Assembly (NCBI GenBank): GCA_905178155.1
Contig: CAJINV010000005.1
Location: 228,254 to 292,253, forward strand
From: Amoebophrya sp. A120
Lineage: Eukaryota > Protista > Dinoflagellata
Direction of reading: 5' to 3'
DNA length: 64,000 nucleotides
The notes under the pieces were generated by a model. It had not been told where the DNA came from, did not search any database, and saw only the letters and a program-made list of their open reading frames with translations. The position numbers and the translations under genes are program-made. How positions within the stretch are numbered: the first letter of the stretch is position 1; each line of letters begins with the position of its first letter. This document shows, one piece after another, positions 25,635-37,098 of the stretch.

Positions 25635-28600
25635 TGTCTCTGTTGCTCGTTGAAATTCTTGAACTACAGGGGCTGTATAAAGTTGCTGAAACGGTGGAAA
25701 CTTCTATTTTTAACCAAAAGCTCCTGCTGAAAGCAAAAATTAGTAGGTCGAGGTATCCAAAATGGAAACGAGAAGCTTCGTGTGCAGCGTCGTGGTGGTA
25801 CTTCGACTGGTACGAAGCGTGCGACTTTCGGGGTTCTTCGGGAGGGTCAAGAACTACCAGCACACACTTCGCTCCTCGGAATGGATAGAATCTCTGTTGA
25901 GGATGAACAAATTGGTCATGGGCACGCGGCTACAAGCTTTCGCCGCGGCAGTGCTAGCAAACCAACCAGTTGTGGTGTTTGTCATTTCACCTACTTACAG
26001 TTGGACGGTCAACGGCTACGCGACGGTACGAAAAGCGTACGAGACTTCACCTGGACGCTTGGCTAGTACGAGTAACGAGACTTCTGCTCTACGTTGTTGC
26101 GAGGATAATGAGGCTCATGCGGAACGAGGCCGATCGGGTGGAACTACGAAAAACCGACGTGCAAACCAAACGAAAACTACCACTTTTGCTCAGATGCGAC
26201 GCGGCGGGGGCAGACGCAAGCACCGCCGCTTCCCGCGGCGCCCGGAGTGCGGGGGATGCGGGGAGGTAGACGCGGGCGCACAAACGTTTGCATTGAACCG
26301 TCCGCGGAAAAACAAGAAAAATCGCCGCGCGGAAACAACTATGGGAACAGGCAGCCTGCTGGGCAAAGGCCGCGGCGAGCTGTCGGAGCTACCACAAGCG
26401 CACCGCGTCTTCAGTAAGCGCCGCCGCGCCTTCCGCGTTGCTGAAAAGCCGCGTCGGCGACGCTGCAAATTAGCTGCATCGTGCACGCCGCCGTCAATGT
26501 GCGTTCGAGTCTACTGGCGACCGACGGGGTGCCCTTTCCCCCTCGTGGCATGGCTCTCCTCGGGCACCGAAAGCGGGAACCGCGCGAAGCGGCGTGCGTC
26601 CGGTATACCGGATGAGCCGCGGGCACGCGGTGGAGACGCGCCCTCCTCTTGCGGCGGGAAAGCCAATACGTGATGCCGTTACTCATGCTGTTTCCGAGCG
26701 TGTCGGGCGGAGAAAAGCCGCTTCGCTGGGTATGCGGGTGCGGACCGATGAAGGAAGGGGGGCGGCGACAAGGGGGGTGGGGGATCGGGGTGCGAGTAGG
26801 CCATGGTGCGCCCAGTATCTCCCCCTGCGGGCTCCACAGAAAAGACGCGCCCGCGGTTGGCAACCTATGAAGGACTTAAGAGCCCACATATAAAGCCACA
26901 CTTGGATAGTGTAAAATTCCAAAAAAGAAAACCCAAAATTTTAAAAAAAAAATCCAAAGAAATTCAGTGGGTGTGAAATTTATGAAAAAAAAAGTACAAA
27001 CATGCAAGCAATTTGGCATGTTTCAAAGGATACGGGGCGCGTTTATACTACCTTTGTGACAAACACCCTTTGGGGGTCCATGAGATTAACGGCATTCGTG
27101 GCCCCGGCAAATTTTCAAATTTTTTCAAAAAAATTTTGAGATTGCGAAATTTCCTGCAATCTGATAAAGTGGCACTCTATTGGATAAAAGTATGGGCATA
27201 TATTTTACATATGCGCATTCTATCTCTGCCGTTTGTCAAATTTTTGCACTCTTTACCCAGATCGAAAAAATCGCAAAATTTTTGCAATTTTCTTGATGCC
27301 TGAAAAACTCTGGAAACCTCCACTAATAAAGGGCTAAATAATACTCATAGACTATATGTCTGCAGACATATTCCATGAAGCTAGTCACTTCCACAAAAAT
27401 TGCAGCAAATTAGCCGACTTCAATTTTTTTATTCTTTTCAAATTTTTTAAAAGTTGAAAAAATTGCATGACTTTGGAATACTTGGACTATGTGGATAAAG
27501 AAAATTAGGAAAGTAGGGAGGTGCAGCTTACGGGTGTCATTTTTTTGGATATTTTACTGCTTTTTCCTCGTCCAGGGACTTTGGGAAATTTAGCAATTTT
27601 TGCAAATATTAAAAATTGCTAGGATTTTTGTAGTGCCCGTGTATGCAAATAGGCAATGTTGTCCAATATGGGGCGCCTGGCGCTTTCTGCCGGTTTTTTC
27701 TGCTAATTCTGCGGCTCAAATGTCGCTTATGTTTTAAAGCGTGCTACTTTCCAACGAGGGTGCTTGGATGAAAAGGATGAGGATCCTCCAAAACAGTGGG
27801 GCTGCAAAAACGTACCAAGATAGTGGACGCCCTTAGTTTTTTGCACTATAAAAAGCCTCAGCCGCCTTCCAAAGTTTCAGCCTGCCCCCCCCCCCCCCCC
27901 CCCTNNNNNNNNNNNNNNNNNNNNNNNNNNNNNNNNNNNNNNNNNNNNNNNNNNNNNNNNNNNNNNGCCCCCCCCCCCCCCCCCGCCCCCCTTGCACTAC
28001 CCCCTAAAACACACACACCCCCCCCCCATTGGCCCGCCTCGGGCGACCCTGCTGCCCCCCTGCGCGCCTGATATCGCGACTTCAAGTGGCCTCCTCGGGC
28101 GTCGGGAGGTGAACTATGCAAGCGAGAAGCCCGTCCGTGACGAAGCGACTGCTCAGACAGGGGAGGGGGCCCGTGCCGCGACTTGCCACTGCAGCCCCGC
28201 CCCTTTTTACTACGCGCACGAGGATGCCGCGCGGCAGTGGGGCGCCGAGGGTGCGCGGCCGCGCGGGGAGGGGGCCAAGCGTGCTCTTGTTCGGCGCGTC
28301 GCCTTTTTCCGCAGCCTCATGCGCAACGCCGATACGAATTCTCCGTGGTTCCGGCCCGCCGCCCGATCTCGCGGTCGGGTTAGTTCGCCCGGGTCTTCTG
28401 GGAGAATCCGGCGCGCGGGGCGACCAACGTCTCCGCACGACGCAGCCATCAAGGTGGTCCGCGCATCATCATTGCCGGAACTTGTTCTCTTCTGCTGCAC
28501 AGGTACTTCTCCGGCCTCCGCTGTTGTTAGAAATCAACTGCGGTCCCCTAGCTCTTGCGCCATCTCCGCACGTCTAGGGACGGCAGCAGTTCAGCGGTGT

Positions 28601-28995
28601 TTATTTTTATTTTTCGCGGAAGGCTTGTGCTCGAAGATCCTGGAAGCCCTGAAGCGGCGCGTACAGATCCAACCGAGCTCATCCAAACCTAAATTGCTTT
28701 TACCGCCCTTGAACAAAGCGGCGCATTATTTTTGAAGCGGATCTTCCTTTTTATCAATCGGGCTACGAGCGCTCCTTTTCGACGTATTTTTTGTTTCTTC
28801 CAGAAGATGATCCTGTTGTTCTCCGCTCCAATCATGCAAACTGCTCAACATTGTTTACAAGAATTCTACTTTTAGCGGCGGCTGCGTAATTTATAGCACT
28901 GCAAGACCACTCACGATATCTTTGCCGTCACCGCTTCTCGGCTGCACTTCTGAGCATTGTATACGAAATATTCATCAAACTCGTCAGAAAGACAA
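25635..28995. promoter_or_regulatory. Divergent strand-switch region, putative bidirectional transcription start region
   Basis: All modelled genes to the left are on the minus strand and all to the right on the plus strand. A-tract core at about 26.9-27.85 kb, flanked by GC-rich arms with G-runs on the left and C-runs on the right. Function is inferred. Confidence 0.5.
27885..28060. other. Poly-C tracts containing an assembly gap (N at 27905-27965)
   Basis: Seen directly in the sequence. Confidence 0.95.
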
Positions 28996-31900
28996 ATGTT
29001 GTTGCGCAGCGCGTCCTTGTTGCTTGCTGTTGTGCGGGGTAGTGGAGTTGCGGCACCGGCACAAGAGGAACATCAGGGCGGGGCGGATGCGGTATGTTGT
29101 TTTTGCTTTTCAAGAATTGTTCGGTGAAGCTGCATTGCTCTTGCCACAATGAATCCGCGTTTCGTTTATCAAGTTGTTTTGCGCACCCGCCCATCTGTGT
29201 GCGGTGTCGTTTCTCTCTGAAAATAAACGCTGACGCGACATTCCTAAATAACAAATACCAGGCCCCGTGGGTGGACGTAAAGGGCGCGGACACGCGGCAG
29301 GTGCCGGATCTTCCCGCGGACTGGTCTTTTGTCGACGATGCGCCTATGAACCTGGAAGGAGATGATTTTGTCACGGCAGGGGATCATGATCATCAACCGT
29401 CCGCCGGGAAAATACCTTCCCCCACTGCCGCTTCTCCCAGCAAACCGAAGATCGTCAACCCCATCCTGGTGCAGCGTACCAACTCGGTCGCCTCCACCGC
29501 AACGCCGGCAAATGGGGATGGCACGACCCGAAGTCATTTGCTCAATACACCTTTCGGAACGCCGTATACGGGTGCGAAAAAAACCTTCGGGTTCAACACC
29601 GAGCAAGAGGAGGATGCGGGCAACGTCCGACCCCTTTTCGACGAGGAAAAGGAGGAAGAAGAAAAAGAGCCCGCGGAGGAAGAAGAAGAAGAGCCCGCGG
29701 ACTTGCGGCCCTTGTTTGATGAGGATGAGGCTGCTAGTCAACTTTTCGATGAAGACCGAGCGGACGAGCTGTTTCACCAAGTTATGTACGGTGATCACTA
29801 CACGGCGGAACAAGCAAGTCCAAGTTCTGCTCAAAAGCCCGCATCCTCTTTTTCTTCCAAGGGGCTGAAGAGAAAAGCGAAGGTGAACAAGACTTCCGCT
29901 CCCTCGAAGAAAGCAACCATGGAACAACAAACCAACCTCGCGCGGCACGAGGACGACATCTTTGACGAGGACCGGGCGGATTTGCTGTTTCACGAGGTGT
30001 TCGGGAATAAGAAGAAAAAAACGGAAGACCACCCCGCTGGTGCCACTTCTAGTGCTGCAACTCCATCGAACCAGCAGGAGGAAGCGGAGGGCTCCGCGTC
30101 CGAAAGTGAGGACATGTTCGACGAAAACCGAGCGGACGAGCTGTTTGACGCCATCTTCGGCCAGGAACAGGAGGGCGAGGAGGAGGAGACGCAGACTAGT
30201 GACATGTTTGACGAAGAACGCGCAGACGAGTATGCATAGCAAAAGTATCGTACTCGTATGAATGCATTACAAATTTCCTGAGCATGAGAAATCTGTAATC
30301 CGGATTTACCTAAAAAAAAAGATTTGTAATGCAAGTCTTGCATTTATACGAATACGATAGGTTTGCACAGGATAACGAGTTGTTTGATGCGATCTTCGGA
30401 ATGACGGAAGAAGACAAGCTGGCCCGGGAGCTGGCCCAGATGAACTTGCAGGAGAAGGAGCACTCTGGCGCTGCTGTTCCGGAGAAAAGGAGTTTCCGCC
30501 TGCTGCCATCGGTACTTGGAAGATTTTTGTTTCACTACTAGCGAGAACGAGAAGTGGTCATATGCGCATGTAGGAAATAATTTATCGATCATTCTGCACT
30601 AGTACAAAAACACCCTAAATCTTTTAGACCGGCCAGTCGCTGTTCGTGCCGAAAACTTCGCAGAAGACGGGTCTCAAAGTTCACGCGGCGTCTGCCTCGA
30701 AGAAGCCGAAGCGCTTGTCGCGAGACAAGGAAATCGCGGAGCCGCAGAAGAAGGAAGATGTGCGCTTTCTCCCATCGGTATCGGTCTGTTTGGGAAATGA
30801 AGCTAGACGCAGACGTAGCTCTGCTTTTTTGCATCGCACACCGTTCGAGCTGCCTCAGTTTTTTTTTCCCGTTACTATGGCAAAAAATCAACAAATTTCT
30901 AGTTCGGCGCCACGCTGCAGACACCGACGGTGCCCTATCTGGCCCGCGTGGAGGAACACAGACCGACGACTGCGCCAGAAGTCGACTCGAATACACCGCA
31001 CGCGCAAGCAGGTATGGAAACGATTTTGGAAGATATGTTGCACCCGATTTTCTGTTTCGCGATAGAGTCCTAAGCAAAATGCGTCTTTGAGATTCGTTCA
31101 TAAAAAAACTCCACTCGCTTACAGAAGCCCTGCACGGCGATACAGCAAGCCTACGCGCCTTCCACGGCAAAGCCGACATCCGGGCGGCTTCGTGCGACAC
31201 CTTACGGCAAAAGATGCAGGAGGAACGGGACGAATCGGTGCGACGAAGGGACGAGAAACGTTTGGATGCGAAGGTGGCCAAGCGGACGCCAAGTGTCGTG
31301 GGACGAGGGCGCGGGAAAGATATGGAGAAGAAAACCTGGAGGCCACGTAAAAGATCGTTTTTGGTGTTGGAATTATAACTGTAATGATGTGAGATTACTG
31401 CCCCGTCGTGTGAATCATAGTGCGAACTAAGTGGCACTTTACCCTGGTGCAGAGATTAGGCCATGCGCTGGGACGCACTACTTAAGTGGAGTACTCAAGC
31501 GCACTACTTAAGCGGAGCACTTGTCCGCACTACTTAAGCGGATTACTTAAGCGCACCACCTAAGCGCACTACTTAAGCGGACTGCTTAAGTGAACTACTT
31601 AAGGGCACCACCGAAGCGGAAGCGTACTACTTAAGCGCGTCACAAAGTGCGAAGCATTTAAGCGAAGCACTTAGCTTAGGCGAAGGACTTAGGCGAAACA
31701 CTTAAGCGAAGCACTTAAGCGAAGCACTTAAGCGAAGCACTTAGGCGAAGCACTTAAGCGAAGCACTTAAGCGAGCACTTAAGCGAAGCACTTAAGCGAA
31801 GCACTGAAGCGAAGCACTTAAGCGAAGCACTTAAGCGAAGCACTTAAGCGAAGCACTTACGCGAAGCACTTACGCGAAGCACTTAGGCGAAGCACTTACG

Positions 31901-33064
31901 CGAAGCACTTAAGCGAAGCACTCAAGCGAACCACTTACGTGAAGCACGTAAGCGAAGCACCTAAGCGCGAAGCACTTAAGCGGGAAGCATTTTCTCGACG
32001 CAATTAGGCGAAGCACTTAAGCGAGGCACTTAGGCGAAGCACTTAGCGCCAGTGCTTGGGCGGGGCACTACTTAGGCCAGGCGCTCCTTATGCGAGGCAC
32101 TATTTCGGCGAGGATCCATGGCACTACTTAGGCGAGGCACTACTTAACAGAGGCACTACGTAAGAGAGGCGCCACTCAGGTGAAGCAGATATTTAGGCGA
32201 CGCACCACTTAGGAGAGGCGCGCACTACTTAGGCGAGGCGCTACTGTGGTGCACTACTGCTCAAGCGAGGTAGCGAGACGCTATTCTAGGGAGGCGCTTC
32301 TTGTCGCAGGAGCTTCTAAAGGGAGACGCTACATACTTCAGTACTTATTTAAGCAAGCCGTCTGTCATTTACATTTTGCATCAACCGTTTCGCCCATATT
32401 TACAGGCCAAGTCCCCACCGCGTACGACGCATCGGAGGAGAAATCCCTCGCCAACGACGACACTACAACCTCCGTGACAGCGGAGCAAGAAAAGCAACAG
32501 CTGGCCGAGAAGCGCGCCGCGAGTCTGGTCCCCAGCCTGGCGGACGAGAGGAAGCATCACAAGGACATGCTGCAAGCGGGCTTGGAGGCGGTAGCCGCAT
32601 ACCACAAGGCGCTGGCAGAGCGGCTTGCCGAATCGGACTACTCGACCTCGGCGAGTCCGCCACTGAAGCCGACCGGGGTGGAGCAGGATAAGCTGCAAGC
32701 CAATGCGGGTGATGTAGTTCCGGCAGTGGAACAACTGCAGCCGTTGGACAACTTCCAGCGACTAACCTCCACCGGGTCTTCCTCGAACGACTTGTTTGCC
32801 ATGAATTCCAACGGAAAATCCGACACCCGAGCGGACTCCGTCGCTTCCAACCGGTTTCGAAAGCAGCAGAGCCGGGACCACTACCAAACCAAGAAGGACC
32901 AGCGGCAGTGGGTGCCGAAGCACGCGTTAATCGCGGCGAAGAAGCAGCAGCAGCGGGAGCGCAGCACGAGTGTGTCCGCAGCGAAGATGCCGTACAACTT
33001 CGACAAAAACGAGGAGAAATACCTCGCGAAGCGGGGCGCCGGTGGTCTGCGGGGCTGGCAGTAA
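28996..33064 (+). CDS. Putative secreted acidic-repeat protein (FDE.RADELF repeats)
   Basis: Exon 1 MLLRSASLLLAVVRGSGVAAPAQ is signal-peptide-like. GT-AG introns including 29092-29261 and 31347-32405 have matching phases. One introner splits a repeat unit. Confidence 0.75.
30231..30374. mobile_element. Introner/MITE family E, 144 bp, TSD ACGAG
   Basis: TIR TATGCATAGCAAAAGTATCGTACTCGTAT / ATACGAATACGATAGGTTTGCACAGGATA; excision restores RADELFDAIFG, identical to the preceding protein repeat. Confidence 0.95.
31470..32270. repeat. Intronic minisatellite, 13-bp core AAGCGAAGCACTT
   Basis: Near-perfect tandem units at about 31.68-31.98 kb, with variant units on each side; lies in the 1059-bp GT-AG intron 31347-32405. 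Confidence 0.92.
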
Positions 33065-33834
33065 GCGGGAGAACAGCGATGTAACTGGTGTGGGTGTGTC
33101 TCGGTGAAAAAATTGGGATGAACGTGCAGGCCTTTCGAGTAGCAAAGATTTTGTAGAGATTGAAATTTTGCATTTGCAGCTCCTTTTCCCGAACCTAGCG
33201 AGTTGTCATTATAGCAAAATCCTGAGAATGAACCCAAATTTATTTTCGAGTCAAGCTTAAGTACCGCTGTAAATGTCAAATTAAAAAAGTAGAAGATACA
33301 TGTATCAAAAACGCACGTAAAGCTTGGCCAGAGTGCACTATTTCTGAAACAATGAAAGCTGCTACCGCAGGGGAATCGTTTATTTTTTATTTTGCAAAAC
33401 CTTATTTTCGATGTAGTATTGCAATTGGATAACGCTGGCAGTTGTTTTTGTCTTGTGGTCTGCTAAACTTTTGTTTTTTGGAAGTCTCCCTGGCTTTTGC
33501 AGTTATCTAATTTTCAAATTGACGCTCGAGAATACTAGTTTTCGCAAAGCAAATGCTTTTGACAGGAAGAACCGCTGAAGATTGTCGCAGCGCCTTTTCG
33601 AACTATTTTTTTAACTGACAGTGAAGAAACTACGACGCCGTGAAGGCAGAATCATGAAGCACAATGCTGTTTTGGGTTCTTTCGTGGCGTTGTTGCAAGC
33701 CTACATTTCTGCGAGTCGAGCGGGTACTTAAGACAAACGTTTGTCAATAATGCAGCTCTACTTCTTACTTGCTTCGCATGTCAAAGTCCTCCACCAGAGG
33801 AGGCCTGGCATCGCTTTGTCCTTAACAAGAAACC

Positions 33835-36800
33835 ATGGCGGGAAATAACAAGAATTCAGGTTTGTCGTTTTCTCTTCTGCTCTTCTCGGGCGCCACCTAT
33901 GCCTTTTGCTCGCACAACTTACACGCCCTGAAGAGACTCTGCGCCGACAGTGGCTTCGATTGGCCCGTGGCGTTGACGACACTCGGCACGCTCCTTCTGT
34001 GGATCTCCCTCGAGGGTCTCGCGCTACTTAAATGTTTCAATCCCGCAGCAGATGTGCCGCTGCGGCGGGTGTTGGTTTTGAGTGTCACGCAAGCGATCGT
34101 GGCCTGCACGGTGGTGGGGTTGGCGGGAAAATTATCTAGTGGAACAGCAGCAGCTACGGTACTAGGAATCGATCCATCTACAGCAGCAGCTGAAGGTCCA
34201 CCAAGCTCAGTAGACGAATTCGAAGCGACGCTGCTCCCCATCCTCGTGATCCCCTGCACGATTTTCCTCCAGACCATCTTCACCGGCCGCGACGAGTATT
34301 TGGAGGACAGCAACTTGCCCCAGATCGGGATCGGCAGCGCGCACAAGCGACTGCGGGACCGGAGTTGGGTCTGCCGAACGGGGTTGTTTCTTCTCTACGT
34401 CCTCCTTCCCCGATTATGCGACGTCGCCGTCGGCACGCTCTCCGCCGCGATTCTGACCATCTACCACGCGTTCCGGGTGGTGTACTGCGGCGGGAGAACC
34501 GTGTTTCTGATTCTCCACGTGGTGTACCGCATAGTATCCTGCCCCTTTCAGTTTTTCTGCAAGCTGTGCTGCGGGAGGAAAGAAGGAGCGGATGAAACAA
34601 CGATGGAGGAGACGGCGATGCTGGTCCCCGGCGGCGGAGGCGCGGACGTCGTCGGGAAAAAAACCGACCGCGACGTCGATGTGGAAAATCAACCAGGAGG
34701 GCCGGGAACAGCTCGAAATAAATCTGCACAAGATCAAGTGGAGATGACACCAGTTGCGCGCAGGAAGTCTTCGAACAATCTATCGGTCGACAAAACGTCA
34801 CCGAAGATCGACATTGTGGTGAAGACGCCGGACCAGGAGTCAGACCGGTCTTCTTCTGTCTCGCAGACCAGGAGCCGCCGGAACTTGTTGGACGTTAGCG
34901 GCGAGTTGGATTTACCACCACCGATATCGCACATGACACCGAGAAGCGTTGCGAGTAGGCTGAAATTCCCGACGTTTTGCGAATTAGTGGCGTTATCAGT
35001 TGTGTGCGTCCCGTTGGTGTTGAAGCTTGTGCAGCAACTCGTGCCATTGATTGCGACCATGGTGCCGGCAGCAGCGGGGAATGAGGGTGCTGGTGCACCT
35101 GCGTCGTCTACTACGGCTCAGGAGAATAGTAACACGGACGGAACACAACTGTCAGCATCTTTGTCGAGGACTTCGTTTTCCTCTTTCCTGACCGACTTAC
35201 TTCTTACTCTTGCCAGTCAGAAGGGTCTCACTAGAACAGTCGTAATCGCGTTTTTGGTGGCGCTGAACGGCCTGTGGATTCACCGTGCGGAGATCCAGCT
35301 GGAGGTCACAGCGATGCAATTGCTGCATCTAGTTTCGAGGACAAGTTTTTGGATTCTGCTGCTCGTCGCGATCCCATTCACGGAAGGCCACTTGCTATCG
35401 ATTCAGGAACAGGAGAAACTGCTGACACAAGCCCAGGAACTGTGGTCTTCGGCGACGCAGGAGCGGAATTGGCGAACAGTTTCCTCCATGTTCGATAAGG
35501 ACAACTACGGGAAATACTTGCTAAGACGGATACTGCAAGCGGACACGACGAGTTTGGAAAATGGTGGGGGCGCAGCAGCTCTTGATACAACAGCGTTACC
35601 ACTTGCCGCAGCACAGCCTATGCGTGAAGAACTGTCCAACACGGTATTGGCAAGTGACCAACAGCAAGCTTGGCTGTTCCTGCCCCACACCTGGGTGTCG
35701 ATAAGATCTTTCAGCATATCAGAAGGAAAAATCCCCCCGCCCCATATTGGAAAGGTATGTTTCCGCAAATTTGTGTTGCTGATTTGAGGTCACAGATCGC
35801 ATTTGTCTTGCAAGAAGACAAGGGCAGAAGCTTCCGCCCCATTATGGAAGCGATTTGTCATGCTGTTGGGCCTAAAGAGGAGCCGTCTGCCATGCTGAAG
35901 AACTAGACCGATACGCCCCTACCTGGCCTGGGGATCAGGCGGCAATGCCTTCCTGCAGTACAGAGCTGATTTGTGTACACAAATCCAGCATCAGAAATTC
36001 CGTTTTGATATGGGGAGGGGGGATTTTTGCTCTCAAGACACCACCGTCGCGTTATTCTGCGCAAACTTCGCGGGGATGCAGTGGGCCGCAGTCACGTTTC
36101 TGATGAAGGGCGCGCCGCTATTCCGAGTAAAAACATCCCCACCCCAGAGTTGTCATGCAAATTTGCATGCCAAAAAAGTTTTTCATGCAAAGCCCCATGA
36201 GAAGCTTTTTCTAGTCGTGTTTTGAGATTTGTGATGCTAGAATCAACACGCTATCCTAAATCTGTGATGCTGCTGAGCTAGCTACTCAGGATCACACTAC
36301 GAGGACAAACTTGTCATGCGAAACAACCAAAGTTGGACGATTTCTCTAGCAGATTCTTCACCTTGACTCTGGTATGGGGACGTTTTTACTCAGGATAGCC
36401 GCTCTCTTTTCAGGTGTTGGACCGGGGAACGACCAGTGTCGCAGCCGTGATGTATGGATTGTAAAAATGTCTGGGTCTGGGAGATTGCGAGATTTGTCAT
36501 GCTATTCTGGCATGACTCTGGGATCTGTATTGCGTGGCAACCAAGAGCTCCTCTAGCCTGTCATGCAAACACGCAGTTTCTCATGCGGAATACGCAACGC
36601 AGAAGCATGAAAAAACTTGTCATGCTCGGCGGCGCATTACAGTGTCCTTATTATTCAGTGACCTGCATCACAACTTTCCAGACCCAGACATTTTTGCATT
36701 TGATATGATGGTGCTTGCAGCAAAGGAGCATTTTGCGTGCTTGGTTGCGGCCGTGTGGTATGGATTGTTGCGGCTGAACAGCAATCGGAAGGTGAAGTAG
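33835..36800 (+). CDS. SLC35/triose-phosphate-transporter-family (DMT fold) nucleotide-sugar transporter-like protein with large insertions
   Basis: Multiple TM segments; motifs NLHALKRLCADSGFDWPVALTTL, TAMQLLHL and, after removing three introners, FLMKGAPLSFQVL; frame continuous to TAG 36800. Confidence 0.7.
35717..36038. mobile_element. Introner/MITE family D, 322 bp, imperfect TSD CAGCA/CACCA
   Basis: TIR core AAAAATCCCCCC-CCCCATAT / ATATGGGGAGGGGGGATTTTT; right end reads AAGA; excision gives RSFSTVALF; inverted homolog at 58251. Confidence 0.88.
36119..36397. mobile_element. Introner/MITE family C, 279 bp, TSD GCCGC
   Basis: TIR plus TSD; excision gives KGAPLSFQV. Confidence 0.95.
36453..36705. 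mobile_element. Introner/MITE family A, 253 bp, TSD TGATG
   Basis: TIR plus TSD; excision gives AAVMVLAAK. Confidence 0.95.
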
Positions 36801-37098
36801 CCGGGCCTTGTGGAGGATTATAGCTTGAATGAAGAAAGAAAGGCAAGAACAATTTTCAGTCCGCAAAGACGTTTCATTCAGTATTTCTGAAATGTGTTCG
36901 CCGAGCTGGTCAAGTGGAACCGTTTAGTATCGGTGTTTGTGTGGTGTTATCATTCAATCTTCCATGTCAATGTCGTCCTTCCGGCTAGAACAAACACTGT
37001 CTTAAAAACGCCAACGATAATATAAGTACGAATTTTTCGAACTCAATCACTACTAGAAAGGAGTCGCTTTTTGCATTACCACAGCCACCACGCCCGCA

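Noticed and set aside
25762-28735. Arg-rich ORFs 25762-26673 and 27992-28735 as genes or an autonomous transposase
   Set aside because: No recognisable domain or DDE-like pattern; their composition is what GC-rich non-coding DNA yields, and no flanking TIR or TSD was found.
31470-32270. Tandem array as telomere or CRISPR
   Set aside because: The 13-bp units abut without unique spacers, are unlike TTTAGGG-type repeats, and lie inside an intron.
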